A stretch of 64,000 bases of DNA, from positions 23,622,001 through 23,686,000 of the forward strand of contig NC_043015.1 of the NCBI RefSeq assembly GCF_006345805.1, written 5' to 3'. This DNA is from Octopus sinensis (Eukaryota). Each line of letters starts with the position of its first letter. Position 1 is the stretch's first letter. The position numbers were made by a program, and so were the translations under genes. The notes under the pieces are model-generated. The model searched no databases. It had not been told where the DNA came from and worked only from the letters and a program-made list of their open reading frames with translations. Below, piece after piece: positions 13,629 through 27,189 of this stretch.

Positions 13629-14009
13629 ATAATATATATACATATATGAATATAAATACATAAATATATATAAATATAAATATAAACATATATATATATG
13701 CATACATATATAATGCATACCTATATATATGCATACATATATATATATTATATATATATATATATATATGGATATATATATATATATATATATATATATG
13801 GATATATATATATGTATGTATACATATATATTATGTATGTATACATATACATATACGTATATATATATATATATATATGTGTTGTGTGTGCGTGTGTGTG
13901 TGTCTATCTGTATATATATATATATATATATGTATATGTATGTATAAATACATATATAAATATTATTTACACATGTATATTCATACATAAAGAATTACTT
14001 GCATATGTG

Positions 14010-14056
<47 letters not shown>

Positions 14057-14396
14057 TGTGTGTGTGTGTGTCTTTGTGTGTGTGTATGTGTGTGTGTGTG
14101 CAGGTGAGTGCGTGTGTGTTAAATGGTCTTGTATGAACTTTTTAAAGAAAGCGAGGCTCTGCACAGTAATTTAAAGAATAAATATAGCACCTGAGCTTAA
14201 AAATCAATTTTGACTTTTGGTAATCTTGTGTCTGGTTAGTATATGTTTCTTGAGGAACATTCAATTTCTCTTTCTTATTAGATGATTTTCTGCATTTATT
14301 AAGTACTGCACTTTTTCTTCTATACTTAGCACCAGCATTTAACAGAATTTCCGTACTTTCGAAATTGTTTTTTTCTCTTAGGGTATTATATATATA

Positions 14397-14444
<48 letters not shown>

Positions 14445-14728
14445 GCATGTATGTATCGGTATACATTTAGATGATCGATTTGTTTCTTTCTATCATTTTC
14501 AAATCTCTTCTCGAGTTAATTTCGCTTAAAGCTTTTGTCTTTTCACGTCTCTTTTTTCTCTATCTCATGCCCCCCCACACACACACACATTCAAACACGC
14601 ACACACAATACATGCGCACGCTCGCACACATACAAAAAGACATATATGCTTTTGTATATATCCACATAAGTACATACATAACTTTAACTTGTTCCAGTTT
14701 TAAAGCCGTGGTCATGCTGGGGAAATAT

Positions 14729-14761
<33 letters not shown>

Positions 14762-14988
14762 ATATATATATATATAATATATATATTATATATTATATAT
14801 ATGTGTGTGGGGGGTCTGTGTGTGTGTATACCTGTATGTCTATAGATGCATTCGTATATATGTGTATATACCTGTATGTGTATACATATATATATAATAC
14901 GTATATATATATATTTATATGTGCCCGTACCTATATACATACATGCGTAAACACACGCAACACAACACCCACACACACACACACACAT

Positions 14989-15055
<67 letters not shown>

Positions 15056-15575
15056 ATAAGTATGGATATAAGTATACATGTGTATGTAGATAGGTATGTA
15101 TATATGAACGTATATATAACCTTTCAGTTAATAACATATTCAATTTTTTAGAGTGAGAAATATTTGTGAATTCTACAGATGCATAAAGGCTATTTAACTA
15201 TTTCGATTGGCTACTTATTCGAACAAGAATCAGATTAAGATTTCACATTCCGTGTATTTTTAGCCTTTTCTATTTTCTGTTTGATTATTGCATTTTTTCA
15301 GTCCTTCCCAAATAAAATAATGTTTGAAATGAGGAGAAAAATAAATAATTGCCATGCCGCTCTGAATATATATCAGTGCCTACATATATGCCTGCGTACA
15401 CATGTGTTTGCATGTTGGCTTGCGTGGCCCTGTATATGAACACACGCACACGCACACTCACATACACACGCACACGCGCTCATATATATGTATACAAGTA
15501 CATTTCTGCTTCTATGCATATATATATATATTACATATATATATATATATGTATATATATATACATCACATATAT

Positions 15576-15625
<50 letters not shown>

Positions 15626-15673
15626 TATACATAATATATATATATATATATACACACTCACACACACACACAC

Positions 15674-15720
<47 letters not shown>
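13520..15720. repeat. Large compound (TA)n/(TG)n/(CA)n microsatellite field
   Basis: Direct reading; source of many IY/VC/TH pseudo-ORFs. Confidence 0.9.
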
Positions 15721-15733
<13 letters not shown>

Positions 15734-18700
15734 TTCCTAAATGTATTCACTAAATTTCTTTTATTTCTGTCGTTGGCTTCTCTGGTTGATATTCTCTATA
15801 TTTGACTGTATTCAATTATCTCCGAGCAGAAAACGTAAAATTCGCTGAAAGGTATTTCTTTGTGTTCTGTCTATGCCAGGCATAAACAAAGGCATTCTGT
15901 CCAATCACATTTCCCCAAATTTTCTATATACTGCCAATGTAAGCGCACACATGTTTTATGTCGCAGAATATGCTTGTATAAATTCTACTCCGCCAGAACT
16001 CTTCAATTACATTTTCATGGCCTTTGTGATGAAAAAAATACCTATAATTATGATTAATATTTCTAAAAATAATGAGAACTTAGACATTAAAGTCATTTCC
16101 AGTGTTCTTTAATGTTCACCAAGCAGAATCTTGAACTTTAAGTGAGAACGTCGGACATGTTTCATGCTTATTCATATCATCTCCAATTTTAATCGTATGA
16201 TGAGAGAAAAATACCAGTTTTTGAGACCCTGCCTCACGTACATATATCAATTACTCAGTCAATGCTTCGAAATGAAAATTTCGTGGCAAACTGTACATAC
16301 TCGCTTATGACAATGTTGGAAATATTGAGAATACATGTGCTACACGACATTGTACGAGATTTGGAGGTAAATACATTTACAGATTATAGGTGATAATTTG
16401 TAAGGAAAACCTAGACTTGTAAGGACTTGCATTTACTATGAACTGATTAAGCTGATTTGAGTTAAGAGTTGCGCTTGCTATCAACTCATTCGTTCCTTAA
16501 TCATTTCGAATAACAACGTTCGTACACGTTCAACCGTATGAATATAAAGTACACACGTATGTGCACATGCGCACTCATTCAAAATAAGCATACACTATAG
16601 TATTAGAATTTAGATATCTGCTCATAACTTGGCGCTAAAATTATGGTGAATAATTTATTTCGGTGTTTATATATGAATTGAATATATAGACACCATATCG
16701 CATATTTACCTGTTTCTAAACACGTTATATGGCGGTCAATTTATACAAATTATATATTTGTTACATAGGAACGAAAAACAAAATGTGTAAAGAACACTAC
16801 TTAATATTAGTATTTGATTAACTCGTCTTTTTTCTCGGCAGCGATATGACAAGAAGCTATGTTGACCTCAGCTGTATTTGAACGCAAAACGTATAGAATA
16901 GGAGCAAATAATACAACGAACTTTGTCTGACGATAACACTAAATATCACACCTTCCACTAGTTTTGAAAATAGTGCATAATTATTTTATCTAACACATTA
17001 CAAGTTTTACACTTGAAAAAAATCTTAATTTTCTAAAACAACATTAACATTTATCAAATGTATGTTTATCTGTTGTTTTTAAATATAATTAAATGTCTTG
17101 TATCACTTCCACATCCAATTACAGTGCATAATATACACAAATATGACACCGGTTTTATTGATCTATAATATTTGACGCTTTCATTGGAAAATATTTTTTT
17201 TTAAATATATATTTAAGGCCGTCACTAGCACGGTTAAGAACATTTGCTTTGCAATGTGTATCTCCGTGTTCATACTTACGGCAAAACACTTTGTGCAAGA
17301 CTTTTTAATATTGCTTTGACTTGAGCAATAGTTTATGAAAATTGCGAGGAAGCACACCGCTGGCACACAGGCGCGCGCGCATATATGAATGTGTGTATGC
17401 ATTATGTATATATGTATGCATGTATATATATGTATATATATATATATATATATATACATTTATACATACACACACACACACACACACATACACATATATA
17501 TATATATAGAAAAACTTAGATATAAATGTATTTACTCACATACACCTATCCACCATCGCATACACACATATTGACAACGTTGACCAAGGGATTTCGGTGT
17601 GTATTTCCAGTATTTCCAGGATGTGCTGAGGTTCGGTTCTCCTAGAATAACACAGACACCACTGATACCCCTGGCCTCATAGGGTCTGAAAATCTAATGC
17701 AAAAACTTCCTTAATCTAGGATCAGAATGTAAAACAAAACCCGTTTTACACTCCGCAAGAAGCACGCAGATATTTGAATCATATACACGGAATTAGTTCT
17801 TGAATCTAAGCTGTGACTACGTACATACATGCATACACAGAGTCACACACACACAGAGTCGAGCAAACACACACATATACACACATATGTACATATACAT
17901 AAACAAAAATTTCTTTGACGCGGTCATAAACTGATGACGGAATAGAGGAAAGGTGGATATATTTGTGATTGAAAATTTAAATAAATATTTACTCTTCAGA
18001 GTTACCATTACTTGAAATACAGAGAGCGGATTTGATGTTAATGAATTAGTTTCACAGACAACAGTACAATTTGTCTGAGATGGACGACAAGTGACATGAT
18101 ATTTAGAAACTCGTTTTATGAACAATAGGCCGAATACGCAAATTGAAATTTCAAAGGGAAAAATACCATTGTCCATTGTAATACCACATAGAAATATCAT
18201 CTTAGTGAATAGAAAAGAGTTTCGCAAACTAAGTATACATATGACTTGAGACAATGCATTATAGTAAACATAGATTAGGCAAGGAATGCGGTATTTTTAC
18301 TTGTGAATTTCAATATATACAAAAATTAAAACGTTTTATTGTTTTCAAGCCTAACAGAAATAAAGCAACGCACGAAACTCTAAATACAGAAGTTATCTAT
18401 ATATATTTGAACAATATTTTTGATGTTGTGGGTTTCAACCACTTGACTTTAAATTATTGAACATACTGGTTGAGCAACAGCATCCAAGCAGTTAAGAACA
18501 AACATAGACGCAAGTACCGTCACACACCGACACATATAAATGGTATAAAGTCATCTACTCACAAAGTGAAGGCCTCTGGCAAGTCATTTTATGTGCTAGA
18601 AAAGGCTTCTGAACAAAACCAAGAAAAAATATTGGCACGCCAATAAAGAACTAGAATGAAAGGAGTAATTATTTTCAGTTAATCTCATACTCGAGTTATC

Positions 18701-18842
18701 CTGTTAATGACCAAATAAATTAATTTGTCATCTGTAGTTCGTCAGCGAGATGGGCAAAATAATGCATAATTATGTGGTAATAATTCACACCGAAAGAACA
18801 CGTGCGAGCTACATTCTTATAACATTTAGGATTCAAATCATA

Positions 18843-19041
18843 TGCGCAGGCGCATTTACATTGCCAGCAGCGAATAATTAAAGTTTAAAAACTGCGTATG
18901 CATGCGAACCACTGGTGATAAATTATTCCAATTTTGTACCCTTATGATTTACTCGGTAAAACCTGTTAATTCTAACGCTTTTAGCTCGCAGTTTTTAAAA
19001 AATTAATTATTTGCTGCTGGCTATGTGAATGCGCCTGCGCA
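18843..19041. mobile_element. MITE-like element with ~55 bp terminal inverted repeats
   Basis: TGCGCAGGCGCATTTACATTGCCAGCAGCGAATAATTAA..TTTAAAAACTGCG (18843-18896) matches the reverse complement of 18987-19041, with a ~90 bp spacer. Confidence 0.7.
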
Positions 19042-19052
19042 CTTTTATTTTA

Positions 19053-19133
<81 letters not shown>

Positions 19134-19144
19134 ATCAAAAATTC

Positions 19145-19430
19145 GGGATTTTACCAATAGAACCGCAACTCCTATTCAGGATAATTTTATTGTATGAAAT
19201 ACATAGAAAGTTGTATCTTCTAAAATAATATAAAATATATAGCCTACTATAAAATATAATAAAATTATTTGAAAAGTATTTTAAAAAATATACATAATTT
19301 ACCTGTAATTAGTCTGTGGGGAAGGAAGATATAAAATATCTTCTTTCCCCACAGGTAAGTTATATATATATATTTTCAAATAATTTTATTGTATTTTATA
19401 GTAGGTTTTTAAATGCTTATATCATTTCAT

Positions 19431-19462
<32 letters not shown>

Positions 19463-19552
19463 TTATTAGTTTATTGGATATAACTTTCTATGTGTAATCC
19501 ATAAAATAAGTTTATCCTGAAATAGGAGTTGAAGCTCTATGGGTAAAATCTC
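19145..19552. repeat. ~410 bp fold-back palindrome
   Basis: Arms pair from the ends to the centre. The central stem is CTGTGGGGAAGGAAGATAT-aaa-ATATCTTCTTTCCCCACAG (19314-19354). The right arm carries a (TTA)n-rich insertion. Confidence 0.9.
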
Positions 19553-19799
19553 AAATTTATAACAATATAAAAGATACTGTTTACGTTGCATTAGTAAAGT
19601 TAAAATAGTTAATGTCCTGATTACCTGAAATACTTATTATTGATTACTATATATACATATATATGTGCAGGTGTGTGTGTGTGTGTGTGTATATATTAAT
19701 ATATTAATAGTAATGGTTAGACAACAAAAAAATGAAGGAGACTTCGATAAAGACATCCTTGTCAATGATATACATATATATATATATACATACATATCA

Positions 19800-19945
19800 G
19801 ACTAAGCATATAAAGGCGAAACAAGGTGAAAAACTAGTACTTGCATACCAGTGGTAGCGTAATATGCTTAATTAGAAAAGCGGCAAAAATATCACAAAAA
19901 TTTCAGAATTTCACGTCCCCGTTCGTCGGACAGTTTAAATATATA
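19800..19945 (-). mobile_element. Short TA-flanked repeat with a degenerate hammerhead-like core (probable PLE pLTR relic)
   Basis: Minus strand CCGACGA-ACG-GGGA-CGT-GAAA at 19929-19909. Flanking sequence (AAGCATATTACGCTAC) is shared with 60150-60230. Confidence 0.45.
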
Positions 19946-20041
19946 TATATAATTGAGAAAGTTGGCTTATTAGCAATGAGAACGGAAAGGCAAATTTAAT
20001 AGAAGTCGCAAAATTAATAGACGTCACAAAAATTGAGAGAG

Positions 20042-20222
20042 GGTACTGACTAGCACTGCTTTTCCTTACGATAAGAGTTTAACTAACTCAAATGCCAGAA
20101 ATGAACTGTCTTATTGACTGACAAAGGGAGGTAAGTCCTTTGTCAGTCATTAACAAAGTGCGTTTGTGGCTTTTGACTTAGTTGAACTCTTATTGTTAGC
20201 AAACGCGGAGCTAGTCAGTACC
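20042..20222. repeat. ~180 bp fold-back palindrome
   Basis: GGTACTGACTAGC..ATAAGAGTTTAACTAACTCAAA matches the reverse complement of TTTGACTTAGTTGAACTCTTATT..GCTAGTCAGTACC. Central perfect 13-bp stem TGACTGACAAAGG/CCTTTGTCAGTCA. Confidence 0.9.
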
Positions 20223-20278
20223 ATCTGTCACTTTTGTGACCTCCCTCTCTCTCTCACTCTGAGTCTCCCTATATATAT

Positions 20279-20343
<65 letters not shown>

Positions 20344-20408
20344 ATATATATATATATATATAGTACATATATATATATTATTACATATATATATATATAT
20401 ATATATAA

Positions 20409-20447
<39 letters not shown>

Positions 20448-20451
20448 TACA

Positions 20452-20531
<80 letters not shown>

Positions 20532-21117
20532 TATATAATATATATATATATGAGGTAACTTCTTGCCATTTTTCAGGTGGCTTGCACACCTCAATGTCAA
20601 CTGTAATTTAACCTTGATCATCTCGAACTCAATTAACTGTTCATTAATATTTCAATCACTTCCTGGAGAAAGCAAACACAAAACATCTCAAATTAGATCA
20701 ATCGTACTTAAATAGACACCCACGCTCACAGCCACACGCGCATGCGTGAATGCATTCTCACATACACACATAGACGCACGTATATATATATATATATATT
20801 AGATATTTTGGTTTCTCCCAGTCAATCATCTGAATTCATTTCTGAAATACATTCATAGTCTTTCATTGGTAATGCATTTCTTTGCATATATAAATGTGAA
20901 ATATTTCCGGTCAACTTCATTTTGGAGCTCGAAGTAAGGTATAGGATAATGCTGAAGCATTCAACTTCAAGTCCATCGCGCCTTATAGGAGAAACAACTG
21001 TAAACTAATGCAGCTCATATTACGTTTGTTTTGCTATTGTAATTGTTTGTAAACACGCCCACACATACATGCATTACATGCAAACACACACACACACTCA
21101 TATATATATATATTTCT

Positions 21118-21332
21118 TTACTACCCACAAGGGGCTAAACACAGAGGGGACAAACAAGGACACACAAAGGGATTAAGTCGATTACATCGACCCCAGTACT
21201 TAATATATCGACCCCGAAAGGATGAAATGCAAAGTCGACCTCGGCGGAATTTGAAACCAGAACGTAACGGCAGACGAAATACCGCTAGGCATTTCGCCCG
21301 GTTTGCTACCGATTCTGCTAGCTCACCGCCTT
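21118..21332 (-). mobile_element. OK-like tRNA-derived SINE
   Basis: Reverse complement of AAGGCGGTGAGCTAGCAGAA...TTCAAATTCCGCCGAGGTCGACTTTGC. Confidence 0.85.
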
Positions 21333-21337
21333 ACACT

Positions 21338-21397
<60 letters not shown>

Positions 21398-22831
21398 ATA
21401 TATATATTATATATATATATATATATCTTATCGATGGGTGGAGCTTAGTAACTTACGAGAATGTGATACACTTTTACGAAATTCCGGTAACCACCCGCTA
21501 GAATGTAAATCAGACCTTTTATTACCGCGGTCAGTATAGGTCTAGTTTAGCGCAGTTACTCACTACACTTCGGATAAATACCACTTGTGCTTCTGTAAAG
21601 AAATTATTCCCTATTATGCATCGGTGAGAAACAAAATATCTTGAGCGTCATACGTTTACGAATGTCTTTATACAAGTTGAGATATAATGAATTGGCTTCT
21701 ACTGGGAATAAATGAAAGCTGTAACGGATTCCATCACAGAAAAGTGTATCTATTGGTACTACTGAAAATTTTATTAGAACGATATTAAATTATTTAATGT
21801 TCTTGAAGGAGTTCGCGTCTCAAAATTACCATGTAATTTACTAATGCAATTACAGAAATAGTAAAACTCGAAGCAATGCTACAGTCAGGTGTTTGGCACG
21901 AAGAACAACAACATCAGTAAGATGATAATGATGCTGATTGGTGCAACGAAAGAATTTTTATTCTGTCGGACACTATCCCTCAAAAAACGCCTGTAAAAAC
22001 ACATTGGTTAATGCGTTCTTCGTTGCATTGTATCTAGATGTAAGGACGTAACCCTCACAACTGGCACAACTACCCCATAACTCTATACTCTTAGCGTAAC
22101 GATATAACCTTCTTGCAAGTTACATTGTTTTGTTGTTGATAATATATGAAAACATCGAAACGACTCTTACGTTTCTACATAAAAATATGACCTGCTAGAA
22201 ATGGTAACCGAATCTCCAATATCATTTTCTTCGATCATAATAAAGGGCGGGTTGGATAGATACTGCCCATGGTTACATGCATAGCGGTCAGAGATTAGAG
22301 GGATAGAGTCGAAATGACCTCTTTAACGTATATTTGCAGAATTAGACTTAAGGGGTTAAACACCAATAACAGAAGGAAAAGTAAGAAAAACAACAACATC
22401 AATATTAAGAACAACAACAACAGCAGCAGCAACCGATTATCAACGCCTCAGCTGTGATCATTCTTAATGATCCTGACGATGTGAAACAAATGATACTAAT
22501 TTCTATTGACAGGAGTGTTAGATTAAGTGTCATTTACTTGACATAATAATATATTTCATTTCAAATATTCTATTAGAAATGTTGACAGAAAATTTAATTT
22601 TGTTTTGTCATTTCACTCGACTCCATTTGGTTACATACCGCAGTTTTGCTTTAATGTGAGTTTAATGAGAATCACTGTGTCGTTAAGTCACAGGGTTGCT
22701 ACCACAAGCCATACAGCTAAACAACGTGCCTCATTATAATCCCGAAACCAACCCTGGAGAACAGATAATCTTCCTCAAATAATATATTCACTTCGTAAAC
22801 AACAAACAAAATGAGATGTTATTGTCTCTAT

Positions 22832-22989
22832 AGGCGCGGGCGTCGCTGCGTTGTAAGAAGTTTGCTTCCCAGCGGGATCAATTCCATTTCGTGACACCTT
22901 GGGCAAATGTTCTCTACAATAGAGTCGGGCCGAGCAAAGCCGTTTGAGTGGATGTTATAGACGGAAACTGAAAACTCGTCGTAAATATT

Positions 22990-23030
<41 letters not shown>

Positions 23031-23135
23031 CACATCTTCACGTGACCGACTAAGCTATCAGATATTGCTACGCATTGTTTTAGCCTTCAAATGACGCCAT
23101 CCCGCTGGCTAAGCGAGCAGGCCACTGTGACGTCC
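22832..23135 (+). mobile_element. tRNA/CORE SINE with an internal (TG)n tract
   Basis: GTAAGAAGTTTGCTTCCC..CACCTTGGGCAAATG..GACGGAAACTGAAA, then (TG)n, then a tail. Confidence 0.7.
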
Positions 23136-23199
23136 TGTTTTTGTTGTTATTATTATTATCACTATTGTTTTTACGCATTTTTGTATTCTTATTCGTGTA

Positions 23200-23410
23200 A
23201 CATCGTCCGGTTTTCCGTTCTTTTTTGTATACATTCGAGGCCTTCTTCCAAGGAATCTAATGCGCTTGGCTTAGATTTTCCTTTGGGGCTTGGCCAGATC
23301 AGAGCAATCTCAAGATTAATCAGCCGAAATTGCGATGATCCGGTTCTTGAAGATTGAAGGCTTCGAATGTCCCGTCCGCGTTTTTTGTGTCGTCTTCTAA
23401 ATGTTTCACG
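23200..23410 (-). mobile_element. Degraded RTE-like LINE fragment
   Basis: Minus-strand translation includes AKRIRFLG, resembling the end-of-RT RRLRFxGH motif. Heavily decayed. Confidence 0.3.
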
Positions 23411-23514
23411 TTCTTGTCCCAGTTTGTATTTTTTTACATTTACATATATATGTGTATATATATATAGTTTAGTAGCTGACCTTCTACCTCATATGTTCCT
23501 AAGAATTTAATGAT

Positions 23515-23983
23515 CTTTCTACACTGACCTAAATCTTTTGTCACCACATAAATAATTTGACCCTTTGTTCTTGAATTCTTGACCTGCCCTTACCCCCATC
23601 TTTACAATTATTGAAATTTTCTTACAGCAGTCAGTTGTGAACAAAGTTTTGGTCAGTTTGCATCCAAACTACACTACCTCATGTTCCTAAGATTCATATC
23701 TACATCTTTATCTGTATATTTACCTTCCCTAAGATGTTATTAATTGATCTGAGAACTTTATATTATTGGAAAACCTATATAAAATTAGCTGAAGATTACT
23801 CGGCGTCTTAAATCTGCTGTAATATTTACAGCTTTTAATAAAATGTTGTAGTATGAAACAATTGTACTTTCTACACTGACCTAAATCTTTTGTCACCACA
23901 TAAATAATTTGACCCTTTGTTCTTGAATTCTTGACCTGCCCTTACCCCCATCTTTACAATTATTGAAATTTTCTTACAGCAGT
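23515..23983 (+). repeat. Exact 117-bp direct duplication (23515-23631 and 23867-23983)
   Basis: CTTTCTACACTGACC...TTTTCTTACAGCAGT is identical in both places. Confidence 0.95.
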
Positions 23984-24122
23984 TCAAATTCCGCCGAGGT
24001 AGGCTTTGCTATTCGTCCTTTCGATGCCGATAAATTCAGTACCAGTTGCACACCGGCGTCGATCTAATCGACTGCTGCCCTATCCCAAAGTTTCGGGCCT
24101 TGTGTCTAGAGTAGAAAAGAAT
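23984..24122 (+). mobile_element. 5'-truncated OK-like SINE
   Basis: TCAAATTCCGCCGAGGT...GGGCCTTGTGTCTAGAGTAGAAAAG. Confidence 0.8.
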
Positions 24123-24359
24123 ATAATTCTGTAGAAATCAGATTTGAAGCCTGTCCGTGATTGATATTAATATATGTCCTCTTCTTTTCTTTTAGCACTA
24201 AATATGATCGACTTCATATACTGTATTACATAATCTATTTTTATAGCAACTTGTAAAATAACCTATTTAAGGATTTATCAATAAAATCAATATTGTAACG
24301 GTGACTGGACCCAACAGGATGGTGACTGTTGGTCTTGTTTATTTAGCTTTTAGCTTTTG

Positions 24360-24761
24360 CTTATTTCAGTCATTAGACTGCGGCCATACTGGAGCACCGC
24401 CTTGAATGAGTTTTAGAGGAATAAATCAGCCCCTGTAGATTTTTAAAGACGGGCACTTCTCCCATCAGCCACTTGTACTGAACCGCTATGTTACGGGGAC
24501 ACAAACACACCTCCGCCAATTGTGAAGTGGTGGCGAGGGACGTGCAGAGACACAAAGCAACATGCACACTCATACACGCACACACACACAAACACACACA
24601 AGCACCCACAAAAAAAGCAAACACACACATACACATGCAACGAGATTAGTTTCCGTCTGCCAAATCCACATAGAACGCTTTGGCCGGCCCGCAATTATAG
24701 TAGATGATTCTTGCCAGGAAGAAGGATTCGATCTAGAAGTATGTGGTTGGAAAACAAATTT
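24360..24761 (-). mobile_element. tRNA/CORE SINE (same family as 55965-56342) with its head clipped at the duplication breakpoint
   Basis: Plus strand: TTCAGTCATTAGACTGCGGCCATACTGGAGCACCGCC ... ATGTGGTTGGAAAACAAATTT. Confidence 0.7.
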
Positions 24762-26052
24762 GTTTAGTTTCTATTTTCTGAAAAATATGGTAATCATAAT
24801 AATCCTTTCTACTAAAGATACAAGGCCTGAAATTGTGGGGGAGGGGACTAGTAGATTTCACCGACCCAATGTTTCACTGGTACTTGATTTAGCGACATCG
24901 AAAGGATAAAAGGCAAAGTCGATCTGGACAGAATTTGAACCAAGAACGTGGTGACGGACCAAATGCCGCTTAGCGTTTTCCTAGGAGCGCTAACCACTCT
25001 GCCAGCTCGCTGCCTTTATGGTTATAATGATAAGCCTTTCTACTCTAGGCACAAGGCCCAAAATTTTTGGGGAGGGAGCCAGTTGATTAGGTCAACCTCA
25101 GTACGCAATTGGTACTTAATTTATCGACTCTGAATGGATGAAAGGCAAAGTCGATCTCGACGGAATTTGAACTCAGAACAGACGAAATACTGCTAAGCAT
25201 TTCGCCCGGCGTGCTAACGTTTCTGCCAGCTCACCGCCTTAAGATGAAAGCAATATTGGGATGGCGGGATGTGAACTCGGAATCTCGTGATTTAGACCTA
25301 TATACAGCAGAGTATTTTCTTCGACTGCAAATGATAAAATAATAATTTTATGTTAATTTCAAAGCTTTAAATTTCGTGAAGAAACATAGGTGATTATATC
25401 GACACTAGTATTTTACTGATCTTTAATTTATCGAACCCGGAGAGATGAAATGTAGAAATACGTCTGGTGGGATTCGAAGTCTGAACGGAAAGATAGTGAA
25501 CAAAGCACCGCATTGCTTTAACAAGTCTACCACTCCAGCATTTAAAGTAACTATGATTTTGCATTCATCTCTGGCGAGTCACTTTCGTCAACTTCCATAC
25601 CACTCTCATCCTCCCAACCACTACCTTTTCCATCATCATCATCATCATCATCATCATCTTCATCCTCCTCATCATCGTCATTATCAATAACGTGATTAAG
25701 ATCAAAATTACTCTTTCGTTAGCAGGCAAAACGAGCCTCAGAAACATGTGTCGCAGAGGGAATAATGTTAGCCGTGATATATTTTTATTGGCTTGTCTCT
25801 TCGTCGGTTACAACGACGCGTGTCCCACTTCATACGATGAACGAGCCTGTTCGTGAATGTATGTGCAAGTGGCTGAGCATTCCACTGTCAGGCGTGCCCT
25901 TAACGAAGTTTTTTAGGGAGATTCGGCGTGACACAGAATATTACAAGGCGAACTCTTTGAAATGCACGTACAACTCATTTTTGCCAGATGAGTGGACCGG
26001 TGCGAGGTAAAATAAAGTGTCTCTCTCAATGATACAAAGCACCGCCGGAAAT
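24762..26052 (-). repeat. Right arm of the inverted duplication (partner 5313-6576)
   Basis: Contains the same SINE pair, unique spacer, (CAT)n tract and truncated CORE SINE in reverse orientation. Confidence 0.95.
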
Positions 26053-27010
26053 GAATAAATAAAAGAAAAAAAAACGGAAGGAAGAAATAACAGGCACACA
26101 GATTTGGTGATTTTTGAATATTTTCAGATTTCATCTGCAGTATTTAGTATCATTTTGCATGGTGGCCTGTGGAAGATGTATATTTATTTATTTGACGCCT
26201 AATCGACAAGTTTGTCATAGGTAGGAAATACTTGGATTTGCTAGTTGTTCTTCTTGTTTTACGCATGTGCACAGAAACACACACACGAACACACGCACAC
26301 ACATACACGCACACACATACTCGCACACACATACACGCGCACACACACGCATACACACACACATACAGACACATGCTCATACATATAGTTTTTATATATC
26401 CATATATATATAGACACATGCAGTTTATACGTGTGTAGGTGTATATATTATATAACTATATTATGCATGTATGTTTGAATCAACGTGTGTATGTATGTAC
26501 GTATGGGTATGTCCGTGTCTTTGTGTGTATGTACTTGTGTGTGTGTGTCGGTATATTTTGTTTATGTATGCGTGTTCGGTGCCTCTGTGATTTTGTGTGT
26601 GTCTGTGAAATTGTGTGTGTGTGTGTGCAGTGTGTTTAGGGAAATTTTATTTACATTTCCACCTAGCAAATACATAAAGAAGACCTTCAAGCAAAACAAC
26701 CGTATGTAATTCTCCCTTCCTGCAATAACATTTGAGTGTAATGTTGTACAATTGTTGAGTTCAAATGTTGCTGTCAAGAAGTGAGACACTTTTAATAGTA
26801 TGAAGCCCCCTTAACACCTAGCAATTCCTAACTCGCAAAAAGTGGCCCTTTTGTCTAGCTGCCAAGGAAGCTTGCTAACATAAACACGAGGAAGATAGAC
26901 CTGAGAAAGATTGTACTATAATATGTTTGTCGATATGTATATATGTATGTATGTATACATGCATATATGTATGTATCTATCTATGCACACGTACACACAC
27001 ACACACACAT

Positions 27011-27103
<93 letters not shown>

Positions 27104-27189
27104 CATACATACATACATACACACACATTTATATGTATATATATATATATATATTATATATATATATATATTATATATATTATATATAT

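Noticed and set aside
16218-16367. Candidate plus-strand exon (..ENFVANCTYSLMTMLEILRIHVLHDIVRDLE, donor GAG/GTAAAT)
   Set aside because: Weak acceptor, no recognisable domain, and within chance expectation.
13079-17574. Many 60-160 aa ORFs rich in IY/VC/TH (and poly-I/L/N/M ORFs elsewhere)
   Set aside because: They are translations of dinucleotide and trinucleotide microsatellites, which lack stop codons in some frames.
21856-21920. Candidate terminal exon (IVKLEAMLQSGVWHEEQQHQ*) after a branch-point/acceptor-like signal
   Set aside because: Only about 21 codons with no supporting upstream exon; it would need RNA-seq or tblastn.
5313-26052. The two 1.3-kb arms as TIRs of a 21-kb giant DNA transposon
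   Set aside because: The arms consist of ordinary SINEs, one breakpoint cuts through a SINE, there is no TSD, and the interior has no intact transposase, polymerase or capsid ORFs.
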